Part shown: in pieces, positions 1 to 7,793 of the stretch | Position numbering within the stretch: position 1 is the stretch's first letter | Layout: each line of letters begins with the position of its first letter | Source of the DNA: an uncultured Alphaproteobacteria bacterium | Lineage (GTDB): Bacteria; Pseudomonadota; Alphaproteobacteria; Rs-D84 | Length of the DNA: 64,000 nt | Assembly (NCBI GenBank): GCA_944390225.1 | Contig: CALXPB010000001.1 | Location: 16,408 to 80,407, forward strand | Direction: 5' to 3' | Notes under the pieces: model-generated | What the model was told of the DNA's origin: nothing | Database searches by the model: none | The model's input: the letters and a program-made list of their open reading frames with translations, nothing else | Position numbers and translations under genes: made by a program

Positions 1-1
1 T

Positions 2-415
2 AAGATAGGATTTGTTTATCAAAGACATAATTTATTGTCCGATTTTACAGCTCTGGAAAATGTCGTTTTACCGATGCTGGCAAATGGAGTTGATGAAGTG
101 TCTGCAAATTTGCGTGCAATGAAATTGTTAAAAGCGGCAAATGTTGCGCATAGGGCTTCGCATCTGCCGGGTGAAATGTCTGGCGGGGAACAGCAACGCA
201 CTGCTGTTGCGCGCGCATTAGCAAATAACCCAGAAATTCTGTTGGCAGATGAACCTACGGGAAGTCTTGATCCAGCACACGCAACAACCGTTTTTGATTT
301 GTTGTTGGATCTGGTTCGCAAAAATAAAATGGCGATGTTGTTTGTGACTCATGATATGAATTTGGCTTCACGTGCCGATAGACAAATTACTATAAAAAAT
401 GGTATAATAGAATAA
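2..415 (+). CDS. lolD: Lipoprotein-release ABC transporter ATP-binding protein LolD, C-terminal part (5' end outside window)
   Basis: Frame is open from the window edge (KIGFVYQRHNLLSDFTALENV). ABC signature EMSGGEQQR, Walker B ILLADEPTGSLD, H-loop FVTHD. Confidence 0.8.
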   Translation, partial: KIGFVYQRHNLLSDFTALENVVLPMLANGVDEVSANLRAMKLLKAANVAHRASHLPGEMSGGEQQRTAVARALANNPEILLADEPTGSLDPAHATTVFDLLLDLVRKNKMAMLFVTHDMNLASRADRQITIKNGIIE

Positions 416-441
416 AATAATAAAGAAGCGAGAGGGAAAAT

Positions 442-1146
442 ATGAAAAAAATATCGAAAAAAGAAATAAAAACATCTAAAACTAAAAAGGAAACCTGCAA
501 TACAAAACATAAAATTTTTGCTGCAATTGCTCTGGCAGGTTTGTTCGTATGCGGTTTATTTGTAGGTCTATCCAATAATGTTAGGTTAATTAATAAGACC
601 GAAGTCGGTTTAAGCGCAGAAGAATGTGATGCAATTGCACAAGAAATTGTAAATATTACGAAAGTAGGTGCTACGACAGAAACCGTCAATGCATTACGTG
701 ATTTGAATAATGCTTATTCAAATGGATGCGCGGGTCGTTTGATTATAATTGAAAAAGGTGTATCTGATGTTATGGCATCAGAAAATCCTAATATAATGGC
801 AACTTGCAGTCGAATAGAGCAATTGTTGAAGGAAAGGTTATACCCGGAAACAGTAAAAGAGTCGTGGAAACATGCTGCCAATGCTTATACATATAGCACT
901 TTGGCAGAAAAGGGATGTGCAGAAAATTCTGATATGTATAAATCTCTTGCCTTGCGCGAAATTGAAATTACAACTGCTTTGCAACCAGAAAAAGATATGG
1001 GGTTAGGTGAAGTAGAAACGGTTATTGACGTTTATAAAAAACTTGATATGCAAAAAGAAGCACAGGTATTTCTTGATAAAATAGAAAAATTAACCGACCC
1101 TGCCATAGATTTTATCTTACAAATGGAAAAAATAATAAATGAATAA
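442..1146 (+). CDS. Hypothetical N-terminally anchored envelope protein, Cys-motif family A (paralog of 2083..2919)
   Basis: Lys-rich N-tail plus one TM (IFAAIALAGLFVCGLFVGL). Repeated module C-x2-IE ... Y-x2-L-x3-GC-x2-N ... LA-x-R ... AL is shared with the 2083..2919 product. 26 nt after lolD. Confidence 0.65.
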   Translation: MKKISKKEIKTSKTKKETCNTKHKIFAAIALAGLFVCGLFVGLSNNVRLINKTEVGLSAEECDAIAQEIVNITKVGATTETVNALRDLNNAYSNGCAGRLIIIEKGVSDVMASENPNIMATCSRIEQLLKERLYPETVKESWKHAANAYTYSTLAEKGCAENSDMYKSLALREIEITTALQPEKDMGLGEVETVIDVYKKLDMQKEAQVFLDKIEKLTDPAIDFILQMEKIINE

Positions 1147-1825
1147 AATGAAAAAAAGTATTTTATATTGTTTCTTTTCTTTGATTATAAGTCTGCCGTG
1201 TATAGCGGCAGATGAAACGCTTTCTAGCGGTGTTTCTAATCGCATGAGTTGCACAGAAATTCAGGAAAGAATTAATGAGTTATCTAAAATTGAAAACGCA
1301 AGTGAAGATATAACAGCAGAATTGACAATGTTGCAATCTAGATATCGTAGCGATTGCTCAAAAAGCGCGTCGGGGCGTAAGACTATCGGACGAGTAAGTG
1401 CTCTTAGTGCGGCACCGGCGGTTGATACGACGCCCGTTGTAACGGAAGTTGTAAATCAAACACCTGCAAGTGTTTTAAATACTTTTTTGGAAAATCAGGA
1501 ATCTAATTGCACGTCTCTAAAAAATTCAATTGAGGATTTTAAGAAAGACACTTCTGTCTCTGCCGATGATTTGAAAAAACTAGAAAAACAATATTCTGAT
1601 GATTGTGCAAAGTATGATGATACTATCGTCATAGAAGAAGAAGTCGATCCGGAAAAGGTTTCGGCTAATTTAGCCGCAGGTTTGTGTGCTGATGGTAGTA
1701 AACCAAACCGTTTTGGTTGCTGTGAAGGAGAGACCTTTAAAGATCTGGGTAATTTAGTTTTTGCTTGTTGCCCTAATGACGGTGGAGAGTGCTATCCTCC
1801 TTTAACAACGGGGAGTCTGTTATGA
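1139..1825 (+). CDS. Hypothetical secreted protein with two CT..(Y)..DC helical repeats and a C-terminal 6-Cys module
   Basis: Signal peptide MNKMKKSILYCFFSLIISLPCIA/AD. Internal repeat SCTEIQERINEL..LQSRYRSDCSK / NCTSLKNSIEDF..LEKQYSDDCAK. C-terminus CADGSKPNRFGCCEGETFKDLGNLVFACCPNDGGECYPP. Overlaps the upstream stop (alternative start 1148). Confidence 0.65.
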   Translation: MNKMKKSILYCFFSLIISLPCIAADETLSSGVSNRMSCTEIQERINELSKIENASEDITAELTMLQSRYRSDCSKSASGRKTIGRVSALSAAPAVDTTPVVTEVVNQTPASVLNTFLENQESNCTSLKNSIEDFKKDTSVSADDLKKLEKQYSDDCAKYDDTIVIEEEVDPEKVSANLAAGLCADGSKPNRFGCCEGETFKDLGNLVFACCPNDGGECYPPLTTGSLL

Positions 1826-2067
1826 AAACAAAGTTATCTTCATATTGGTATATTTTTATTATCGTTTTTTTCCTTGGCGCTTTATCTGGTTGGGTAATAA
1901 CAGTATATTCTTATTCAATGAAGTACGAAAGCGGGATTTTATGTTCAGATGGCAAAGAACCAGATAAAAACGGCTGTTGCACGGGTGAAGTATACACAGA
2001 TATGGGAGATCTGGGTTTTAACTGTTGCCCAGAAGACGGTTCCGATTGCTTCCCACCAATCAAATAA
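1822..2067 (+). CDS. Hypothetical small TM-anchored protein carrying the same 6-Cys module
   Basis: ATG at 1822 overlaps the upstream TGA (ATGA), with GGGGAG as SD. TM YWYIFIIVFFLGALSGWVITVY. C-terminus CSDGKEPDKNGCCTGEVYTDMGDLGFNCCPEDGSDCFPP. The ORF-track start at 1789 is judged too long. Confidence 0.6.
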   Translation: MKTKLSSYWYIFIIVFFLGALSGWVITVYSYSMKYESGILCSDGKEPDKNGCCTGEVYTDMGDLGFNCCPEDGSDCFPPIK

Positions 2068-2082
2068 ATACAGGGGGGATAA

Positions 2083-2919
2083 ATGAAAAAAGAAAAACGT
2101 GAAGTAAATACAAAAAAAGAAACCCGTAAACGCCATGGTTGGTTTTGGTTCTTGATAATTATATTACTTGCAGGGGGAATCGTTTGGTTGTTACAAGAAC
2201 GCGGTGTAATAAATTTAGAAACTATTAAACAAAATTTTGTCAAAGAAGAAGTTGTTGTAGAAAATCTTGTAGAACCGCAACCTATGGAGACTTTCTCTGC
2301 AGAAACAGAGCAGGTGGAAATTCGCCCAGCGTGCGCAATTGTAGAAGATTTATTATTGCAGTATGTTTGCAGTGAAACAGATGATAGTATAGAACTTCAA
2401 TATAGCGCTGCGGGTACATATGAAGTTTTGGCACAGCGTGGATGTCCAGAAAATGCCCAGCTCTTTTCAGATTTAGCAATGCGCAGAAAAATAATTGCTG
2501 ACGCTTTGGTTGCAGCATACGGTTTTGAAGATAATGCTATGACGTCGGCAGATTATTTATATTCTGATGAAAAAATTTGTGAAACTATTGAAAATAGGGT
2601 TATGAAAAATATAAACACGCAGGCTTATCACTATGATGATTTTTTGGAAAATGCGAAGACATATGCGGCATTGTATGAATATGGTTGTTGTGACAACAAA
2701 GCAGTATATATGCGGGCGGCTTTACGAGAGTTAGGGGTTGCAGTTGCTTTGATGCCGACAGATAAAATGAAACGAGATGAAATAGTAACAGTTGTAGAAA
2801 TCTGTAAAAGTTTAGGGGTTGCGGATGCGGCGCATCTGATGCTGCAACGTTTGAAGTCTCGTGGTTATGATATGGAGTTTTTATTAGAGATGGAGGATAT
2901 TATACATAGTATAAGATAG
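2083..2919 (+). CDS. Hypothetical N-terminally anchored envelope protein, Cys-motif family A (paralog of 442..1146)
   Basis: SD GGGGGGA. Lys-rich tail plus TM (WFWFLIIILLAGGIVWLL). Two copies of the C-x2-[IV]E ... GC-x2-N ... LA/AL-R module. C-terminal helices align with the 442..1146 product. Confidence 0.65.
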   Translation: MKKEKREVNTKKETRKRHGWFWFLIIILLAGGIVWLLQERGVINLETIKQNFVKEEVVVENLVEPQPMETFSAETEQVEIRPACAIVEDLLLQYVCSETDDSIELQYSAAGTYEVLAQRGCPENAQLFSDLAMRRKIIADALVAAYGFEDNAMTSADYLYSDEKICETIENRVMKNINTQAYHYDDFLENAKTYAALYEYGCCDNKAVYMRAALRELGVAVALMPTDKMKRDEIVTVVEICKSLGVADAAHLMLQRLKSRGYDMEFLLEMEDIIHSIR

Positions 2920-2934
2920 TAGTAAATTAAAGTC

Positions 2935-2962
2935 TTGCGTTTATAGAAAATTAGTATATAAT
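2935..2962 (+). promoter_or_regulatory. Putative sigma70-type promoter of the tRNA-Gly/tRNA-Tyr operon
   Basis: TTGCGT (2935-2940), 16-nt spacer, TATAAT (2957-2962), about 20 nt upstream of tRNA-Gly. Confidence 0.5.
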
Positions 2963-2981
2963 CACAAGGCTTTAATTTGTT

Positions 2982-3056
2982 GCGGGCATAGTACAAAGGC
3001 TAGTATGCAAGCCTTCCAAGCTTGAAATGCGGGTTCGATTCCCGCTGCCCGCACCA
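2982..3056 (+). tRNA. tRNA-Gly (anticodon UCC), CCA encoded
   Basis: Acceptor GCGGGCA/TGCCCGC is perfect. Anticodon stem CAAGC/GCTTG with loop CTTCCAA. T arm CGGGTTCGATTCCCG. Ends ACCA. Confidence 0.9.
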
Positions 3057-3061
3057 AGATT

Positions 3062-3148
3062 GGGCGTGCGCCGGAGTTGGAGAGCCGGGGCAGACTGTAA
3101 ATCTGTTGGCTTAAGCCTGAGGTGGTTCGAATCCACCCACTCCCACCA
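3062..3148 (+). tRNA. tRNA-Tyr (anticodon GUA), long variable arm, CCA encoded
   Basis: D arm CCGG/CCGG. Anticodon loop CTGTAAA. Variable arm TGGCTTAAGCCTGA. T arm GGTGGTTCGAATCCACC. Acceptor GGGCGTG/CACTCCC has one C4:U69 mismatch. Confidence 0.85.
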
Positions 3149-3505
3149 AAAAAAAGAACCGACCGAGCAGGTCGGTTTTTTTTTTGGTGCTAGGGGTGGT
3201 GAGATGAGAACCACTGGTTCGACAAAGAGTAGATTTTGTAAGCGTAGCGAAACGAAATCGTCAGGAATGCCCCGCAGGCGAATAGCCGAGGGAATCCACC
3301 CACTCCCACCAAAAAAAGAACCGACCGAGCAGGTCGGTTTTTGTTTTGTGCCAGGTAGGGTGAGATGAGAACCACCGGTTCGACAAAGAGTAGATTTTGT
3401 AAGCGTAGCGAAACGAAATCGTCAGGAATGCCCCGCAGGCACAAAGTGCCGAGGGAATCACCCACTCCCACCAAAAAAAGAACCGACCGAGCAGGTCGGT
3501 TTTTT
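3129..3505 (+). repeat. Tandem array of about 2.3 copies of a ~162-bp unit. Each unit ends with the tRNA-Tyr 3' end (GAATC(C)ACCCACTCCCACCA) plus the terminator hairpin.
   Basis: CCA ends at 3148, 3311 and 3473 (period 163/162). Unit bodies 3186..3311 and 3350..3473 are near-identical, except for hairpin-preserving changes (GGC-GAATA-GCC vs GGCAC-AAA-GTGCC). Confidence 0.85.
3157..3185. terminator. Rho-independent terminator after tRNA-Tyr (first of three identical hairpins)
   Basis: AACCGACC-GAGCA-GGTCGGTT followed by a T-run and preceded by an A-run. Identical hairpins at 3319..3342 and 3481..3505. Confidence 0.8.
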
Positions 3506-3563
3506 GTATGATAGTCTTTATATTTAATGCTTTGTTAAAAATAGTAAAGCTATGGTAATAAAA

Positions 3564-3585
3564 AACTCCCAATCGGGAGTTTTTT
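3564..3585. terminator. Hairpin terminator at the 3' end of argS (bidirectional shape)
   Basis: AACTCCC-AATC-GGGAGTT flanked by an A-run and a T-run. Abuts the argS stop at 3584-3586. Confidence 0.7.
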
Positions 3586-5284
3586 ACATTTCTTCTGGAA
3601 TTTTTAAGCCCATTAAATCTAGTGCTTGGGACAAAACACGTAAAGATTGTTTTACTATCGCAAGCCTTTGCGATTTGACATCTTCTGGTATATCGTCGCG
3701 CATAATAGGGCAGGTGTGATAAAACGTGTTTATCAATTTGCACAAGTCATATGCATAGTTTGCTAAAATATACGGTGCACGACGTTCAAATGAAACTTCT
3801 ATAATTCTATTAAAGTCTAATAAGAACATTAATAAATCACGTTCTTCCGGTAATAATTTACAGTTCGTTATTTCTGCCGTTCCTTCTGCTTTTTTTATTA
3901 TGGAATTCAATCTTACCGCTGTATACAGAATATATGGACCTGTTCTGCCTTCAAAATTTGTTACTGCATCAACGTCAAATATATAGTCTGATTTTACGTC
4001 GTGCATCAAATCGTTAAACTTTAACGCGGCCAATGCTATCATTTCTATTGTTTCGTTAGGTAATTGTTTACCTGATTCTTTAACACGCGTGCGCACAGAA
4101 TCGGCAACTATGTTTAACATTTCGTCCAAACTTGGTACATTGCCGTCGCGAGTCTTAAAAGGTTTTCCATCAGCACCTGTTATAGTGCCAAAACCAATGT
4201 GTTGCAATTCTATTCCGTCTGCAAAACCTGCCAAACGTGCGGCACGAAAGATTTGCTTAAAGTGCAAAGTTTGACGATTGTCTGTAAAGTAAACAATTGC
4301 GTCTGGGTTATCGGTTCTTTCACGATAATAAATTGCTGTTAAATCTGCCGCCGCATATGTTTGTGCACCTGCACTTGATTTCCACATTACAGGTGGCATT
4401 GGTTCTGTATCTGTATCTTGCTTTACAGAAATTATTTCTGCACCGTCGCTATGTTCAATGATTCCTTTTTTGTCTAGAATTTCTTGTACTTCTGGTACGT
4501 ATTCTGCAATTAGTCTTTCGCCTTTGTTTTCATCAAAAGTTAAAATATTTAATCTTTTTAATAAACTGTTTACTTGGTTTAATGACATCGGAATAAAAGT
4601 GTCATAAATCTTTTTGTATTCTTCATTTCCGCTTTGCAATTCAACCGTTATTTTTTGCCCTTTCTCTAACCATCCTGGGTCTTCTTTTGCGCGTGTCGAC
4701 GAAGCAGGGTACATTCTGTTTACGTCATCTACATTTTGTGGCATACCGTTTTCCAGTATCCACGCAATTATTAAACCCATAGGACGTCCCCAGTCTCCCA
4801 TATGATTGTATGATTTCGTTTTGTGCCCCAAAAAACGTGCTATGCGATTAAATGTATCACCTACAACTGTCGTTCTAAGATGTCCTATATGTAATGTTTT
4901 CCCAACATTATAACCACCATAATCTAAATCTATCTTCTGTATTTTTTGAGTGTCTGGATTTAAATTATCCGTTAACGCCATTCTTTTTATATATTCGTCT
5001 TTTAGTTTTAAATTTATGAAACCCGGACCGGCAATAGAAACATTTGCAACGTTAGAGAGTTTTTCTAGATAAGGAACCATAATTTCCGCTATATCACGCG
5101 GTTTCTTACCAATAGATTTAGTTAAAAGCATTGCAATGTTAGTTGAAAAATCGCCAAAATCCCGTACTTTCGGTATTTCTATTGCTATGTTATTTAAAAT
5201 CTGTGGCGTTATGTAATCTTTTATTTCTGGTATTTCTTTTATCTTTGATAATACAGAATCTGAGATTTCTTTATAAATGTTCAT
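3584..5284 (-). CDS. argS: Arginine--tRNA ligase
   Basis: 566 aa. Class I HIGH variant (GKTLHIGHLR) and the typical ArgRS C-terminal anticodon-binding region ending ..GLKIPEEM. Confidence 0.9.
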   Translation of the reverse strand: MNIYKEISDSVLSKIKEIPEIKDYITPQILNNIAIEIPKVRDFGDFSTNIAMLLTKSIGKKPRDIAEIMVPYLEKLSNVANVSIAGPGFINLKLKDEYIKRMALTDNLNPDTQKIQKIDLDYGGYNVGKTLHIGHLRTTVVGDTFNRIARFLGHKTKSYNHMGDWGRPMGLIIAWILENGMPQNVDDVNRMYPASSTRAKEDPGWLEKGQKITVELQSGNEEYKKIYDTFIPMSLNQVNSLLKRLNILTFDENKGERLIAEYVPEVQEILDKKGIIEHSDGAEIISVKQDTDTEPMPPVMWKSSAGAQTYAAADLTAIYYRERTDNPDAIVYFTDNRQTLHFKQIFRAARLAGFADGIELQHIGFGTITGADGKPFKTRDGNVPSLDEMLNIVADSVRTRVKESGKQLPNETIEMIALAALKFNDLMHDVKSDYIFDVDAVTNFEGRTGPYILYTAVRLNSIIKKAEGTAEITNCKLLPEERDLLMFLLDFNRIIEVSFERRAPYILANYAYDLCKLINTFYHTCPIMRDDIPEDVKSQRLAIVKQSLRVLSQALDLMGLKIPEEM

Positions 5285-5351
5285 TTGTTACCCTTATGTA
5301 GATAAATATATCTTAGATTATAAAATCATATTTTCAAGAATTTAGTAAATG

Positions 5352-6962
5352 TCATTCTTCAATTTCTAGACTGTCAATATAAGTCCTGTTAACGCGTTCT
5401 AATGGTACAGATATAAAATCAGGAGATACGATTGCCTGACCTGTATCTTCTGGTAGAACTATCAGATTTTCTTGGTTAAAAAACATAGATTCGTCATATT
5501 CTGAGTTTATATTTGTTGCCCTCATTTTATATTTGCTTTGAAACCGTTCCGGAATCATAACATAATCGCCTAGATTAATTTCAATCGGATCCAGTTTTTT
5601 TGCTCCTGTCGGTCTTATATTATGCTGTTCTATGTTATAAATAGGAGCCAAAAAGTTTTGCGGAGCGTTTCTTACGATTCTTGTTGAACCGCTTCCAGTT
5701 AATTGTACAACCTGTAAAGCACGTTCACTTTCCCCAGTTGGTTTTAGTCTAAATAAACCATCAAGTCCGATGTATCCACTGGGGTCCAGAAGATATGCTG
5801 CGTTGCTTTTGTCAGAGTAAATCATACCTATTGCCATATTTGCTGCGTCATAACCAAAAGTTGCTAATCTATTTGGTGCTTTACCAGACATTTGTTCGTA
5901 TAAGTTAGTAAATTCATATGAAATTTCTGGTAATGTTGCGTACTTAGCACCGTACATTGTAAAATCGTTTGCTATATCAGAACCTTCCCATACGGCAGTA
6001 CCATAAAAGCGAACGTCTTTGGCATCAACACCATAATAGCGTAAGAAAGATGCGATGTTTTTAGTATCATCAGAAGTTCCTAAGAATAAAACGGCATCAT
6101 AAGGTAAATTACCTAATGTGTCTGATTTTGATAAGTTTTCTAATTGAATCGTCATAGATGATTTTTCAATTATTGTAAGAAGTTCGTTCGTTAAAATATC
6201 TGATAAAACTTCGCGTGCCTTGGTATTTGCTGCAACCCGCGAATCGTTCATAGATGCTTCTTTGGTTATGTTTTTTATGGACTCGGAATCATTTTCATTA
6301 TAGTAAAAAATACCGGAAACTGGTACGTTATATATTTCTGAAGCACTTACAGCAGTCCCAGCCATTAATTTACCGGATGACGTGTTAGGGGCTACAATTA
6401 TGAAACTTTTTATGCCGTCATAAAACATTTCTTTTACTATCGTTTCAATACTGTTTGTCGGCATCAATGCCATTGTCATAACACCTTTCCCGATAGAGCT
6501 AGCATCTGATGTAAACGATAAAACAGGTAAATTGTCCGGTTTAAGATTTCGCAACGCACGGGCATCATCTGAAAATACAGGTCCTATTATTATTTCAGGA
6601 TTTTCTGAAAGTGCGTCATTTATAGCGTTATAAGATTCTGTGTCATAAAAAGATACCGATAAGTTCCGAGGTGCATTTTGTAAAACAGCAGTTTCAATAG
6701 ATGTTCTGATGGTCTGACCTGTTGCAGCGTTATCGCCAGATAGCGGTAATAACACAGTCATTCTATGAACTGGTGCACCTAAAAAGTTATCAGAAGGGCG
6801 ACCCACTTGGGTTTCTTGTGAACTATATTGTATTTGAGCAGGACTACCTGTTTCAAGTTCTCTGTACCCACCGAACCAATCTTCTTGTGGTGCCCCGCAA
6901 GCAGCCAGTAATAATAATGTTAAAAAAACAAAAAATTTCTTTATATACATTGAAAAATCCAT
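5352..6962 (-). CDS. LpoA/LppC-like lipoprotein (periplasmic-binding-protein fold, putative penicillin-binding-protein activator)
   Basis: Lipobox LLLAAC. Type-I PBP-like body. Divergent from rsmI, as lpoA(yraM)/rsmI(yraL) are in E. coli. Alternative start 6950. Confidence 0.55.
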   Translation of the reverse strand: MDFSMYIKKFFVFLTLLLLAACGAPQEDWFGGYRELETGSPAQIQYSSQETQVGRPSDNFLGAPVHRMTVLLPLSGDNAATGQTIRTSIETAVLQNAPRNLSVSFYDTESYNAINDALSENPEIIIGPVFSDDARALRNLKPDNLPVLSFTSDASSIGKGVMTMALMPTNSIETIVKEMFYDGIKSFIIVAPNTSSGKLMAGTAVSASEIYNVPVSGIFYYNENDSESIKNITKEASMNDSRVAANTKAREVLSDILTNELLTIIEKSSMTIQLENLSKSDTLGNLPYDAVLFLGTSDDTKNIASFLRYYGVDAKDVRFYGTAVWEGSDIANDFTMYGAKYATLPEISYEFTNLYEQMSGKAPNRLATFGYDAANMAIGMIYSDKSNAAYLLDPSGYIGLDGLFRLKPTGESERALQVVQLTGSGSTRIVRNAPQNFLAPIYNIEQHNIRPTGAKKLDPIEINLGDYVMIPERFQSKYKMRATNINSEYDESMFFNQENLIVLPEDTGQAIVSPDFISVPLERVNRTYIDSLEIEE

Positions 6963-6998
6963 TTTATTCTGTATTATTTTACTATAAAAGGATTATAA

Positions 6999-7793
6999 AT
7001 GCAATCTGGGCTTTATATTGTTGGAACTCCGATAGGTAATTTGTCTGATATGTCTCCTCGGACAATAGAAGTCTTAAAGAAGGTAGATTTAATAGCAACG
7101 GAAGATACCCGGGTTTTCGGTAAGTTGGCAAGTCATTTTGATATAAAAACGTCTCGCGTTTCTTGTCATGAGCATAATGAAAAGCAGGTAATACCTGACC
7201 TGATTGAAAAAATTTCAAAGGGTGCCGCGGTTGCGACCGTATCTGATGCTGGTATGCCCGGAATCAGCGACCCTGGTTTTCGCTTGGTACGCGCGGCAAG
7301 GGATGCAAAATTACCTGTCTTTGTTGTACCTGGACCTGTGGCGGCAATATCGGCTTTGGTTTTATCCGGTTTCCCGACAGATAGATTTACTTTTTGCGGT
7401 TTCTTTGACGAAAAAAAATTACGCGATGATAATAAAATTCGTCACACAATTATTTATTATGAAAGCCCAAATAGAATTATGACGACTATATCTGCTTTGG
7501 CCCGCGTAATGCCAGAAAGAAAAATCGCCATAGTACGAGAAATTACCAAAATTCATGAGGAAACAATTATAGGATATCCGGCTGATTTATTAAATATAAC
7601 GCCTCCGCGGGGAGAAATCGTGATAGTTGTTTCTCCTGCCCCAGAACATAAAATGTCTGATGATGAAATTATAGAGTTGGTAAGTGAAATATCTGCTGCT
7701 TCAACGAAAAATGCTGCCGCTGATTTGGCGGTACGTGCAGGAATTTCAAAGAAAGAGGCTTATAAAAGGCTGCTAAAAAAAGAGGAAGAATAA
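6999..7793 (+). CDS. rsmI: 16S rRNA (cytidine1402-2'-O)-methyltransferase
   Basis: LYIVGTPIGNLSDMSPRTIEVLKKVDLIATEDTR and VSDAGMPGISDPG tetrapyrrole-methylase-fold motifs. Confidence 0.9.
   Translation: MQSGLYIVGTPIGNLSDMSPRTIEVLKKVDLIATEDTRVFGKLASHFDIKTSRVSCHEHNEKQVIPDLIEKISKGAAVATVSDAGMPGISDPGFRLVRAARDAKLPVFVVPGPVAAISALVLSGFPTDRFTFCGFFDEKKLRDDNKIRHTIIYYESPNRIMTTISALARVMPERKIAIVREITKIHEETIIGYPADLLNITPPRGEIVIVVSPAPEHKMSDDEIIELVSEISAASTKNAAADLAVRAGISKKEAYKRLLKKEEE

Noticed and set aside
3186-3473. Whether the tRNA-like repeat units are a two-piece (permuted) alphaproteobacterial tmRNA, or tRNA pseudogenes.
   Set aside because: Only the last about 20 nt (half the T-loop, the acceptor 3' strand and CCA) match a tRNA. 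No T-stem partner, acceptor 5' strand with a G:U pair, or tag-peptide reading frame (..ANDN..AA-stop) could be found. The 5' parts do not pair convincingly with CACTCCC.
2972-3743. ORF-track entries overlapping the tRNA genes and the tandem repeat: 2972..3214 (-), 3027..3368 (+), 3190..3474 (-), 3261..3743 (-).
   Set aside because: They run through two well-folded tRNA genes, three terminator hairpins and the tandem repeat. Their sequences are repeat-derived (for example FFWWEWV twice), with no SD or family resemblance. They are treated as artefacts of the repeat.
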